From Candidatus Avamphibacillus sp. (GTDB lineage Bacteria > Bacillota > Bacilli > Bacillales > Amphibacillaceae): 64,000 nucleotides of DNA. Shown here piece after piece: positions 19,346-29,582 of this stretch; position 1 is the first letter of the stretch; every line of letters starts with the position of its first letter. Location: assembly GCA_035301745.1 (NCBI GenBank), contig DATGTS010000064.1, positions 13,317-77,316 of the forward strand. The letters run 5' to 3'. The notes beneath the pieces are model-generated. The model did not search any database and was not told where the DNA came from. It saw nothing but the letters and a program-made list of their open reading frames with translations. The translations under genes were made by a program, and so were the position numbers.

Positions 19346-19752
19346 TTGGAATTGTATCTGATAACGATTGCAAAATCAACTTTTCACTAAATTGGTAGTG
19401 TAAACGTAATGAGCAGTCAGCGAGAATGTTTCCGCTTAGTAGTTTTCATAAGTAAGATGAAGACCAGTATAAAGCAAAACCTTCTGATTAGAGTCTTCAT
19501 AAGGTAGAATTTTTCGAGAATAACTTTTCACAGCAATAAATGTTTTTGCTGACTTTTGAACAAGCTTTAGAAATCACTTGCTTTTTCGAATATTATATCG
19601 TAATAATATAATCAATATAGAAACTATACATGTGAGCTGTGTTATACGCTCGATAATGTGATTTAATTCACAAACAATGTGTAATCCAGGTAACGATTAG
19701 AAAGGTTATTAGTTAGTAAGTGAAGTTATTCACAAAAAGGAGGAGAGGAAAC

Positions 19753-20769
19753 GTGAGAAAGTTTTTAAGAGAAAAAGGGGTTTCCCTTTCAGTAAGGGAG
19801 TATTTGATTACAGCACTTAGCTATATGGCATTAGGTCTGTTCTCATCATTAATTATGGGACTCATTCTTAATACGGTTGGAGAACAGTTGAACGTCAGCT
19901 TTCTTGAAGAAGCGGGTACTTTTGCAATGGATGATAAAGTGGTTGGAGGTGCTATTGGCGTTGCCATTGCTTATGGATTAAAAGCACCGCCACTTGTTAT
20001 GTTTTCAACTCTTTTTGCAGGGGCATTTGGATCTGAGCTTGGGGGACCAGTAGGAAGTTATATTGCTGCTTTATTTGCGATTGAATTCGGAAAAGTTGCT
20101 TATAAGACGACACGTATTGATATTATCATTACACCTATGGTGACTATTATCGTAGGATTTACTGTAGGAAAGTTTATTGGTCCACCGATTAATCAGTTGA
20201 TGCTTTGGTTTGGTGAAGTCATAAATTGGTCAACGGAACAACAACCATTTATTATGGGAATTTTAGTTGCGATATTTATGGGTTGGGCGCTCACTGCACC
20301 AATATCAAGTGTTGCGATTGCCTTGATGCTTGGCATAGACGGAATTGCAGCAGGGGCAGCGGCTGTCGGATGTTCCGCACAAATGATAGGTTTTGCTGTG
20401 TCAAGTTATCGTGATAATGGGTTTGGAGGTTTTTTAGCACAAGGGTTGGGAACATCGATGCTCCAAATCGCCAATATCTTAAAGAAACCAATTATTCTTA
20501 TTCCACCAACAGTAGCGGGAGCCGTGCTAGCTCCATTTGCGACAGTTTGGCTTGGGCTAACAAATAATCCATCCGGAGCAGGGATGGGGACGAGTGGCCT
20601 TGTTGGTCAAATCATGACATTTGAATCCATGGGTTTTTCGGTGAATGTTTTTTGGAGTATCCTTATTTTGCATATTATTGCCCCAGCTGTAATCAGCTTA
20701 GCCATTAGTGAAAGCTTTAGAAAACGAGGGTGGATTAAAGCTGGGGATATGAAAATAGAATACGAATAA
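19753..20769 (+). CDS. PTS EIIC-like (PfoR/PfoS type) integral membrane protein
   Basis: ALSYMALGLFSSL, LTAPISS, GTSMLQ, GMGTSGLVG motifs; many TMs. Confidence 0.85.
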   Translation: MRKFLREKGVSLSVREYLITALSYMALGLFSSLIMGLILNTVGEQLNVSFLEEAGTFAMDDKVVGGAIGVAIAYGLKAPPLVMFSTLFAGAFGSELGGPVGSYIAALFAIEFGKVAYKTTRIDIIITPMVTIIVGFTVGKFIGPPINQLMLWFGEVINWSTEQQPFIMGILVAIFMGWALTAPISSVAIALMLGIDGIAAGAAAVGCSAQMIGFAVSSYRDNGFGGFLAQGLGTSMLQIANILKKPIILIPPTVAGAVLAPFATVWLGLTNNPSGAGMGTSGLVGQIMTFESMGFSVNVFWSILILHIIAPAVISLAISESFRKRGWIKAGDMKIEYE

Positions 20770-20838
20770 TGGGAATGGATCATGATTTGATGTAAAATAA
20801 AGAGCAGAATTAAGAGGAATAATATATGGGGAGGCCTA

Positions 20839-21294
20839 ATGATGGACAAATTTATGAGACGTGCAGTAGAGTTATCGGCAGAGAACGTGGGTCAAGGTGG
20901 TCGGTCATTTGGTGCCGTATTGGTGAAGGATGATGAAATTATTGCAGAAGGTGTCAATGAAGTTCACCTTAAATATGACGTGAGTGGACATGCAGAACTT
21001 ATTGCAATTCGTAAAGCACAGGAAAAACTCCAAACAAATGATTTATCAGGATATGTGATGTATGCTAGTGGCGAGCCTTGTCCGATGTGTTTAACAGCAA
21101 TGTTTTATGCAGGAATTGAAAAAGGCTATTACGCTGCATCTATGGAGGATACAGCTGATGCTAGCTTAGGTGCATCTGTCACCTTATACGAAGATTTCAA
21201 AAAGCCTCGAGAAGAGCGGACGGTAAATATGTACTCGATGCCACTTGAAGAAGGTCAAGAAGATCCGATGAAGTTATGGCAAAATTGTAAGTAG
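20839..21294 (+). CDS. cytidine-deaminase-fold nucleoside/guanine deaminase
   Basis: HAE and EPCPMC zinc motifs; FGAVLVKD. Confidence 0.88.
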   Translation: MMDKFMRRAVELSAENVGQGGRSFGAVLVKDDEIIAEGVNEVHLKYDVSGHAELIAIRKAQEKLQTNDLSGYVMYASGEPCPMCLTAMFYAGIEKGYYAASMEDTADASLGASVTLYEDFKKPREERTVNMYSMPLEEGQEDPMKLWQNCK

Positions 21295-21429
21295 CACCTT
21301 ATAACTTTGTACAGTTCTTGGCATACTGAGTGTGATAAAGTAATAATGAAAATTAGATATTCACCTATTTTAGAAAAGCCCATATACTAACAATGCAATA
21401 AATCAACAGAGGCTTAACCCAAAATTGTC

Positions 21430-21628
21430 ATAAAGCGAAACTTCAATTAGTGGGGTTCATTTTACTCCCTTCTGATTAAAATGAACAAAGGCTAATAACA
21501 CCACGACACGTGACCAACATCGTGTTGGGTCAAGCAGAATCCGACATTTGCTGGCAGTTAATCCCTACACATCTTATCGTTTCCCTTTTTTTGAAGTAGT
21601 GGGTTTATTGCTAGTTAACGGGAGATAA
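21430..21628 (-). repeat. degenerate Bacillaceae intergenic repeat (bcr1-like)
   Basis: Minus strand TTATCTCCCGTTAACTAGCAATAAACCCACTACTTC...GGGATTAACTGCC...AATCAG..GGGAG...CCCCACTAATTGAAGTTTCGCTTTAT resembles the bcr1-type architecture as I recall it. Confidence 0.5.
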
Positions 21629-21728
21629 ATTTGTTATCTTTATCAAGAAATGTGATGTTTGTCACACAATGCCTACTGTTAAAATTGTAAAATAGAGGCA
21701 TATAGATAATAGGTTGGAGGATTCAGCA

Positions 21729-22181
21729 ATGACATTCTACAAATTACTAGTTTTTATTCATATCTTTTCAGCGATATTAGGGTTAGGCCCTGGATTTATT
21801 ATGATTTATGTTGTTACTAAATCAAAGACAATGACAGAGCTCAGACATGCTTATATGATTCGCAATCGGATTCATATTTTTGTAATGATAGGTGGAACAT
21901 TACTCCTTGTAACAGGGATACTAATGGGAATGTTAAACCCTTCTTTATTTAAACAAGGCTGGTATGTTCTTAGTCTCATTTTATTCTTGGTTGCTTTAGC
22001 TTTTGGTCCGATTACCTTATCGCCAAGGTCAAAACCAATTAAAAAAATGCTAGCAGAATACCAAGGAGAAGAGATTCCCGAGAAGTATTATGCCTTATCA
22101 AAGGAACTATTTTTTTATGAACGGATTGAAAATATCCTCTTTTTAATTATTATTGCGCTTATGATTTTAAAACCGTTTTAA
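21729..22181 (+). CDS. DUF2269-type membrane protein
   Basis: LVFIHIFSAILGLG start, four TMs, ends LMILKPF. Confidence 0.8.
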   Translation: MTFYKLLVFIHIFSAILGLGPGFIMIYVVTKSKTMTELRHAYMIRNRIHIFVMIGGTLLLVTGILMGMLNPSLFKQGWYVLSLILFLVALAFGPITLSPRSKPIKKMLAEYQGEEIPEKYYALSKELFFYERIENILFLIIIALMILKPF

Positions 22182-22185
22182 ATGT

Positions 22186-22220
22186 AAAATTAGCTCATCG
22201 ATAGGTGGGCTAATTTTTTT
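22186..22220 (+). terminator. intrinsic terminator
   Basis: AAAATTAGCTCA...TGGGCTAATTTTTTT. Confidence 0.75.
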
Positions 22221-22443
22221 CATGATTAGTAATGGAAAAAGTAGGGTAATCGTATCCGTGCCTTGGATATAAAAAATTAAACAAAAAGAAAAGGAGTACG
22301 ACCGCAATCAAGAACGAATGGCGTAACGGTTGTACTCATTTTAAAGAAACATAAGCAATATACATGTTTAATTAGATAGAATACTTTTTCAACTGCATCT
22401 TGAATGGATGTATATTATATGATTCAGTATGAGACTTTATTTT

Positions 22444-23469
22444 TTAAAGTTCCTCTAAATACTCTTCTAATGTAATTCCTTTTTCCATGATTTCTTTTGC
22501 GGCTTTTTTACCGACATATCTTAAATGCCAAGGTTCATATTGATATCCAGTGATATCCTCTTTTCCTTGAGGATAGCGAATAATAAATCCATATTCACTT
22601 GCATGTTTTTTAAGCCATTTTCCTTCAGGTGTTTCCCCGAACTCAATGATTAAATCAAAACCAACATCAGCATTAGTCACGTCCATTGTTAAACCAGATT
22701 GATGCTCACTTTCACCAGGTCGTGCACTATATTTATTTGCAGCCTCTTCACCATTTTTCTCAACGTTCGCGGCAAAAATACTTTGCTGTCGTTCAAATGA
22801 TCGAAAACCTGATTGAGCAAACAACTCTAAATCCTCTTTATCAGCAGCTTTGAACATTTTTTCCAAGGCGTCAGCAGCAACTTTCCGCATCTGTTTTTTA
22901 GGTAAGTCCTCTGTAAAAGGAAATCGTACATCAGGAATAACAAGATCCTTAGGTGTAAAATCTTCTGGTAAGGCATTTTCCTTATTTACAAGAACTAGTA
23001 CATCGTAAGGATTGTCTGTTACTATTTTTCCATCTTTTGTTTTGGAGTTCTTTTCAAAAGTGAGTCCTTCTCCGGGTTGGATTGGATTATCACTATGAAA
23101 TTGGGCTTCGAGAGCTAGTTTTGTTTTTTTATCGTAGAAGCCTGTTATATCTAATCCATCTACTTGAAGCTGGAAATCGGTAACAGCCCACGTAGTTTCT
23201 TCATCGTATTGACTAGTTATATCGATTTGGTAATCTAAGTTTTTTAATGTTTGTTGAAGATTTTTTACTTCTTCCCCTTCTTCTCCTTTTTGAAGAGGAC
23301 TATCTGGTAACACCAATTCATCTTCAGCTTTAGTATTATTTTGTTCTGTATTCTTATCTGATTCGGAACTGGTTACAGGTACAGTTTCTTTATTGAAATC
23401 ACCTTCGTCACAAGCAGCTAAAGTAAGAATAATAATCGAGAGACTCACCATCATCGTTTTCTTAAACAA
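22444..23469 (-). CDS. M15B (VanY/YodJ-type) D-Ala carboxypeptidase lipoprotein with PG-binding domain
   Basis: Lipobox LAAC; PG_binding_1 motif (LQKG..GEEVKNLQ..AVTDFQ); SEHQSGL..D and YEPWH. Confidence 0.9.
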   Translation of the reverse strand: MFKKTMMVSLSIIILTLAACDEGDFNKETVPVTSSESDKNTEQNNTKAEDELVLPDSPLQKGEEGEEVKNLQQTLKNLDYQIDITSQYDEETTWAVTDFQLQVDGLDITGFYDKKTKLALEAQFHSDNPIQPGEGLTFEKNSKTKDGKIVTDNPYDVLVLVNKENALPEDFTPKDLVIPDVRFPFTEDLPKKQMRKVAADALEKMFKAADKEDLELFAQSGFRSFERQQSIFAANVEKNGEEAANKYSARPGESEHQSGLTMDVTNADVGFDLIIEFGETPEGKWLKKHASEYGFIIRYPQGKEDITGYQYEPWHLRYVGKKAAKEIMEKGITLEEYLEEL

Positions 23470-23719
23470 TTTCTTGCACTCCTCTATGATTGCGATATAT
23501 ATAAATAAACATTTATAATAGTTTTTAAAAAGTATATGGAAACCATACTACGTCTATTCCCATTGTGTTATCAAAAAATGTTTTGTTCATTTCATATAAA
23601 AACCATAATTTATTTTCTCATAGAAGGGTTGAAGATAGCAATTTAAAATTCCATAAACTTATCAATCACACGAAAAAGGTATAGGCATTTGGATCCTATA
23701 CCTGAAATATAGCGGTTTG

Positions 23720-24967
23720 TCAGTTTATAATTCTTACTTTTTCTGCAAATAACTTACTGATTTCCACAATAACTTGGGTGGCTTTTTCCATGTTATCAAC
23801 AGAAATATATTCGAATTTACCATGAAAATTTTCTCCACCTGTAAAAATGTTCGGAGTTGGCATGCCCATGTAGGAGAGCTGTGATCCATCTGTTCCTCCG
23901 CGCACTGGTTGAATCACGGGTTCAATATCTAGATTTTTCATCGCTTGGGATGCAATTTCAACAATTTCTTTCACAGGCTCAATTTTATCACGCATATTGT
24001 AATATTGATCCTTCATATCAAGTTCGACGCTTTCTTCTCCGTATTTTTCTTTTATGTTAGAAACAAACTTTTCAACCGTTTCTTTTCGGACTTTAAAATT
24101 TTCTTTATCAAAATCACGGATAATATAATAAACCTGTGTTGATTCAACATCACCATTTACTGAAATTAAATGATAAAAACCTTCATACCCTTCTGTATGC
24201 TCGGGTGCTTCTTTCTCAGGGAACATTTGAATAAATTCAGTGGCCATTTTTCCTGAGTTAACCATTTTATCTTTCGCTGTACCAGGATGCACGTTGTTTC
24301 CTTTGAATGTCACTTTGGCAGCGGCTGCATTAAAGCTTTCATATTGTAATTCTCCAAGCGGCCCTCCATCAATCGTATACGCGAATTTTGCTCCGAAACG
24401 CTCTACATCAAATTTATGTGGACCACGGCCAATTTCTTCATCAGGGGTGAAAGCGACGCGAATATCGCCATGCTCGATTTCTGGATGAGTTTTCAAATAT
24501 TCCATCGCTGTCATAATTTCTGCAATTCCTGCTTTATTGTCAGCTCCAAGCAAAGTGGTTCCGTCCGTTGTTATTAAAGTATGGCCTTTGTAGCTTGGCA
24601 GTTCAGGGAATTCTTTAGCAGATAAGACAACATCAAGCTCTTGATTCAAAACAATATCTTTCCCATCAAAGTCTTCCACAATTTGCGGGTTTACGTTTTT
24701 CCCGGTGAAATCTGTCGCTGTATCAACATGTGCTAAAAAGCCAATCGTTGGCACGTCGTCTTTATCTGTATTTGCCGGAAGTGTCGCCATAACGTATCCA
24801 TTATCATCAACAGAGGCATCATCAAGACCAATCTCTTTCAGTTCCTCTACAAGTTTTTTTGCAAGTTCCATTTGACCAGGGGTAGAAGGTGTCGTATCAC
24901 TTTCTTCATTTGATTGTGTATCCATTTTGGCATATGTAATTAAACGTTTGATTAAGTCCTCTTTCAC
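23720..24967 (-). CDS. pepT: peptidase T (tripeptide aminopeptidase)
   Basis: [31 protein letters not shown]. Confidence 0.96.
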   Translation of the reverse strand: MKEDLIKRLITYAKMDTQSNEESDTTPSTPGQMELAKKLVEELKEIGLDDASVDDNGYVMATLPANTDKDDVPTIGFLAHVDTATDFTGKNVNPQIVEDFDGKDIVLNQELDVVLSAKEFPELPSYKGHTLITTDGTTLLGADNKAGIAEIMTAMEYLKTHPEIEHGDIRVAFTPDEEIGRGPHKFDVERFGAKFAYTIDGGPLGELQYESFNAAAAKVTFKGNNVHPGTAKDKMVNSGKMATEFIQMFPEKEAPEHTEGYEGFYHLISVNGDVESTQVYYIIRDFDKENFKVRKETVEKFVSNIKEKYGEESVELDMKDQYYNMRDKIEPVKEIVEIASQAMKNLDIEPVIQPVRGGTDGSQLSYMGMPTPNIFTGGENFHGKFEYISVDNMEKATQVIVEISKLFAEKVRIIN

Positions 24968-25068
24968 TTGATCATCTCCTATTTTTTTATCTAATGATTA
25001 TTTTAACATATAATGATGGAAATATAATTTCTGAACAATTAGTATATAGAAGTAAGGGGGGATTACCA

Positions 25069-25774
25069 TTGATACGAGAAGCTACCATAAATGATGCGAA
25101 AGTGCTGGCTGACCTGATAAACGATGTTGAGAAAAACAGTGAATTTTTGTTATATGAACCAGGAGAAAGAAAGTTAACAGAGGAAAAACAACGACAGATG
25201 ATTGAATCGCTCGCGAATCAATGTAATGCAACGATTTTGATCGCTGAAAAACAGAATAACTTCGTTGGTTATTTAGTAATAATAGGTGGGAAGTCCAAAC
25301 GAACGCGGCACAGTGCCTATCTTGTTGCTTAGGAAACTATAACATTAAAACTTCTGTGGATAACTTTATACTGAAATTGGCCACGTCCAGCGCAAGGCGC
25401 CCAGCAACTAGCGAGACTTCCTTCACCTCCGTACGATAAGTCAACATCGGCTCACTACGTTCGCCGTGTTTCCTTTATCTCCTTCGGCTCAGTCCAGTCC
25501 GTACGTTGCTAAACGGGCGCCCCACGCTTTTGTTCTTATTGGTATCCATCCTGATTATCGAGGTCAAGGAATCGGTTCAAAGTTGTTTGCGCATTTAGAA
25601 CAATGGGCAAACGAGCGGGACATCCATCGACTTGAATTAACAGTTGTGTGTGAAAACGAAGCAGGTGTAGCTTCATATAAAAAGCACGGATTTGAGGTGG
25701 AAGGTACAAAGAGGGATTCATTATTCATTGATGGTACGTATTATGATGAGTATTACATGGCAAAATTACTTTAA
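25069..25774 (+). pseudogene. GNAT acetyltransferase interrupted by a 211-bp insertion
   Basis: 5' part 25069-25326 ends ...RHSAYLV; 3' part 25538-25774 begins IGIHPDYRGQGIG; joined they give one 164-aa GNAT; the insert puts an in-frame TAG at 25330. Confidence 0.88.
25327..25537. mobile_element. non-autonomous structured repeat element, copy 1
   Basis: Highly similar to 58546-58755; GC-richer than flanks; long imperfect hairpin; flanked by TT. Confidence 0.85.
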
Positions 25775-25791
25775 AATGAAGGGGTAGAAGC

Positions 25792-26628
25792 ATGGATTTT
25801 TTAATGACAGTTACGGAATTAGAAAAAAGACTTAACGCTAGTGACATCATTCCTATTGATGTCCGTTTTCAGCTGAATGATCCAGAGGCAGGGCGCAGTG
25901 CATATGAAAAAAGCCATATCCCGGGAGCGGTTTACTTAGATTTGAAAGAAGATTTATCAGGAAAAGCTGAACAGCATGGAGGAAGCCATCCTTTACCTGG
26001 CAGGAAAAGACTTGCAGATAAGTTAGGTCAATCCGGAATGGACCGAGAGACAACGGTGGTCATATACGGTGAAAGCAATGATATGTTTTCTGCCCGTTGC
26101 TTATGGTTGTTTCACCATTTAGGTCATGAAAAAGCATTTATTCTTGATGGCGGATGGTCTGAGTGGGTAAAAGAAGGAAATAGAGTAACAACCGAAATTC
26201 CAAACTATCCACCGAAGACATTTATCCCAGGTCAACGGAAAGATGATACAGTTGATATGCCTGATGTAAAGCAAAAGATGGATGAAAAATCTGCTGTATT
26301 AATTGATTCACGTGCAAGAGAACGTTATTTGGGAGAAACAGAACCGCTTTACGGAAAAGCAGGTCATATTCCAGGGGCGAAAAATTATTTCTGGAAAGAT
26401 GTTTTAGATGATGAAGGAAACTGGAAAAGTCTTAATGAGCTTGAGCATCACTTTTCAGACTTACCAAAAGATGAAGAAATCATTGTGTCCTGTGGTTCAG
26501 GTGTTTCAGCTTGTCCGAATGTTTTAGCATTAAAGCAAGCAGGTTTTAAAAATGTAAAACTATATCCTGGGAGCTTCAGTGACTGGATTTCTTATGAGGA
26601 TAATCCGGTAGAAAAGGGTGAAGAGTAA
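25792..26628 (+). CDS. tandem-rhodanese sulfurtransferase (SseA-like)
   Basis: HIPGA twice, CGSGVSAC active loop, YPGSFSDW. Confidence 0.92.
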   Translation: MDFLMTVTELEKRLNASDIIPIDVRFQLNDPEAGRSAYEKSHIPGAVYLDLKEDLSGKAEQHGGSHPLPGRKRLADKLGQSGMDRETTVVIYGESNDMFSARCLWLFHHLGHEKAFILDGGWSEWVKEGNRVTTEIPNYPPKTFIPGQRKDDTVDMPDVKQKMDEKSAVLIDSRARERYLGETEPLYGKAGHIPGAKNYFWKDVLDDEGNWKSLNELEHHFSDLPKDEEIIVSCGSGVSACPNVLALKQAGFKNVKLYPGSFSDWISYEDNPVEKGEE

Positions 26629-26629
26629 C

Positions 26630-27190
26630 ATGGTTTCACGCTGTGCTTGGGTAACAGATGATCCACTTTATATTGCATATCATGACGAAGAATGGGGAAG
26701 ACCGGTTCATGATGACAGGAAGTTTTTTGAAATGTTAACACTGGAAGGAGCACAAGCGGGGCTGAGTTGGATCACTATTTTAAAACGTAGGGAAAATTAT
26801 CGGAATGCCTTTGATAACTTTGATCCCCAAAAGGTAAGTAGGTATGATGAAGAGAAGGTGGATGAACTACTAAATAATGAAGGCATTATCCGAAACAAGC
26901 TTAAGATTCACTCGGTTATTACCAACGCAAAGTGCTTCCTTGAAATTCAACGCGAATTTGGAAGTTTTGATACCTATATTTGGCAGTTTGTGGAGAGTAA
27001 GCCGAAAATTAATCAATGGAAGCATGAAGAGGATGTACCAAGTTCAACAAAAGAATCGGAAGCGATGAGTAAAGATTTGAAAAAAAGAGGTTTTAAATTT
27101 ATAGGCCCAACGATTTGTTATGCCTTTATGCAAGCAACAGGAATGGTAAATGACCATACAAAAGATTGTTTTCTATATAAAGGTTACTAA
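26630..27190 (+). CDS. tag: DNA-3-methyladenine glycosylase I
   Basis: RCAW, YHDEEWG, QAGLSW, GMVNDH. Confidence 0.95.
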   Translation: MVSRCAWVTDDPLYIAYHDEEWGRPVHDDRKFFEMLTLEGAQAGLSWITILKRRENYRNAFDNFDPQKVSRYDEEKVDELLNNEGIIRNKLKIHSVITNAKCFLEIQREFGSFDTYIWQFVESKPKINQWKHEEDVPSSTKESEAMSKDLKKRGFKFIGPTICYAFMQATGMVNDHTKDCFLYKGY

Positions 27191-27244
27191 TAAATTTTAA
27201 GATAAAACAACCAACACCTGAGTTAATGGGTGCTGGTTTTTTAT

Positions 27245-27559
27245 TTACTCGATGACTACGGCAGTACCATATGCAATTACTTCTGCAGCAGCATTCATTA
27301 CTTGTGAAGTTTGGTAACGCATGCCCACAATTGCGTTAGCACCTTGTCGATCGGCATCTGTAATCAGTCGTTCAAGGGCAATGTTACGAGCTTCTTCCAT
27401 CATATCTGAATAGCCCTTGATTTCTCCACCAACTAACGTTTTCAATCCTGCACCAATATCCCTGCCAACGTGTTTTGATTGGACGGTACTACCTTGTACA
27501 AAACCTTTCACTTCTGTAATTTGTTTACCGGGCACTTCATTAGTTGTGACAATAAGCAT
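27245..27559 (-). CDS. YbjQ (UPF0145) family protein
   Basis: GRDIGAGLKTLVGGEIKGY, GANAIVG, AYGTAV. Confidence 0.92.
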   Translation of the reverse strand: MLIVTTNEVPGKQITEVKGFVQGSTVQSKHVGRDIGAGLKTLVGGEIKGYSDMMEEARNIALERLITDADRQGANAIVGMRYQTSQVMNAAAEVIAYGTAVVIE

Positions 27560-27698
27560 GACTGTTTTCCCCCCCTTTTTATTCTTATTGTTTCATCATA
27601 CGTGAAAATATGAAAAAAAGAAATACTGCATTTTTGTCATACTGGCTCTACGTTTTTCCTACAAAAAAAGCCGCTAGTTTAACGAGTGACTCAATATT

Positions 27699-29487
27699 TT
27701 ATAACTTAAATACTTGTAGTTCCTTATTTAATTCTTCAGCAATCTTAGTGAGTTCCTCTGTGCTTCGAGCAATTTCTTCCATGGAATTGGATGTTTGCTC
27801 AGCAGATGCAGAAGCCTCTTCCACTCCAGCCGCTGATTCTTCTGATATAGAAGCAATTTCTTCTACTAGATGATTCATCTCATTACTATTCGTAGAAATT
27901 TCTTCAAGATTGTTAGAGATGGAAGTTATTTTACTTGCCATATCTGTCACAGAATCATCAATAATATCAAAAATTTGTCCTGTTGCTTCAATCTGTTTTG
28001 TTCCCTCTTGAACCTCATCGTACCCGCTATTAAGAGTGGTGACGACAGTCTTTGTCTCAGATTGGATAGTGGACACAATTGTTGTAATCTCACCAACGGA
28101 AGATGAAACTTGTTCAGAAAGTTTTTTGACTTCATCTGCTACTACGGCAAATCCTTTTCCATGCTCTTCTGCTCTAGCTGCTTCAATTGCCGCATTTAAT
28201 GATAATAAGTTGGTTTGATCGGCGATATCTTTGATAACTAAAGTAAGATTTGAAATTTCATTTGAGTTTTCTTCGAGATTTTGTACTTTTTGTACTGCAT
28301 CAGCGATGATGCTATCAATTTGTTTCATTTGTTTTACAGACGTTTCCATAAGCTTGGCTCCATCGTTTGTTAAATATAGAACTTTGTCAGAGTGGTCTTC
28401 TATATCCTTTCCGCTTTGTTCAGACAGATTTACTTTTTCAACAAAGACATTCATATTCTCTGATAAGTCAGACGTACTATGAGCTTGATTTTCTGATCCT
28501 GAAGCGAGTTCTTCCATCGTGTAGCTAACTTGAATATTACCTTCTTTTACCTCACCTGCCGCTTGAGTTAGTTCTTCACTACTGGTGTATACGGTATGTG
28601 ATGTTTCGGATACCTTATGTAAAATACTCTGGATATTATCTTTCATCTTGTTCACAGCTTGAGCCAACTTCCCTATTTCGTCTTTTCCTTGATAGTCCAT
28701 GGAATGAATCGTTAAATTTCCATTCGCAACTTCGGATGTAATATTGACAACCTGTTGTAAATGGGTCGTAATTCGTTTGCTTACTGTGATAAATAAAATG
28801 ATACCTATTAAAATAGCAGTAACATTAGTGATGTTCGTTACATTTAAACTTGTTGTCATACTCCTTTTTCCATCTGATACAGCAGATATTTGTTCCGCTT
28901 TCATAAGTTCCATTAATTCATTAACATGGTTGACCGTTTCATCACGAAGGCGGGAGGATACCTCACGAAGCACACTTGCCAATGAACTCTTTCCATCTTC
29001 CATGGATGTAACAATCTGATTATGAAAGTTATTATTCATACTATTATTATTGCTTATTATTTTATCGAGTAACTTTTTCTCCTCTTCTGTTTGAAGGGTT
29101 GATTCAAGTTTAGTTGCTATTTCCGAAAAAACAGTTTGATATTCTTCAAATTTCTCTATGTGTTTTGAATCATGTGTTAGCAGATAGTCAGCAACTTGTA
29201 CATCTTTTAATTGAATGATAGAGGAAATTTCAGCCATGTCGTTGACACGCTCACTTTGCTTATCAAGTGCTTCTAAGTTATTTTGAGCACTGTTCATCTG
29301 CCAGTTTACTAATCCGTTGGAAAGTAAAAACAAAATAGCGGTTAGTGCAAAAACAGTAAGGTATTTTCTACCGATAGGTATATTTCGCCAACGGAAATTA
29401 AACTTTTTATCTTTATTTTTTTCTGTCTGTTTTTTTTTTTTTGAACCGAGAGACTATTCCTTTTCGTTTATATTTTTCTTTTTCCAT
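27699..29487 (-). pseudogene. methyl-accepting chemotaxis protein, frameshifted at an A13 tract near the 5' end
   Basis: HAMP and MCP signalling domain ([24 protein letters not shown]); ATG 29487 with RBS GGGGGA is one base out of frame; removing one A from 29430-29442 restores ...[31 protein letters not shown] and TM1. Confidence 0.8.
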
Positions 29488-29529
29488 TGTTATCCCCCAA
29501 TAATTTTGAAAAATTAGTACCTTATATCT

Positions 29530-29556
29530 ATATCGGTGGGAATTATTGGGAGTTTA
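29530..29556 (-). promoter_or_regulatory. sigmaD promoter
   Basis: Minus strand TAAA-N15-ACCGATAT upstream of the MCP gene. Confidence 0.8.
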
Positions 29557-29582
29557 GCACTATTTAATATCTAATTAAAATT

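Noticed and set aside
22222-22443. Second stem (GAGTACGACCG/CGGTTGTACTC) and a short minus-strand ORF
   Set aside because: Explained as the terminator of the convergent carboxypeptidase gene; the ORF has no RBS or recognisable features
16596-23469. van-type glycopeptide resistance cluster (ligase plus VanY-like peptidase)
   Set aside because: Genes are about 5 kb apart on opposite strands, no vanH/X/R/S, and the ligase keeps the D-Ala-D-Ala omega-loop Tyr
25327-25537. Group I or group II intron
   Set aside because: No GUGYG...AY ends or recognisable P7/domain V core; wobble pattern favours folding on the strand opposite the host mRNA
25466-25774. 102-aa ORF as an independent gene (also 58693-58887)
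   Set aside because: Its first 24 codons come from the inserted element and the rest is the GNAT C-terminal half; the 58.7-kb ORF likewise reads into copy 2
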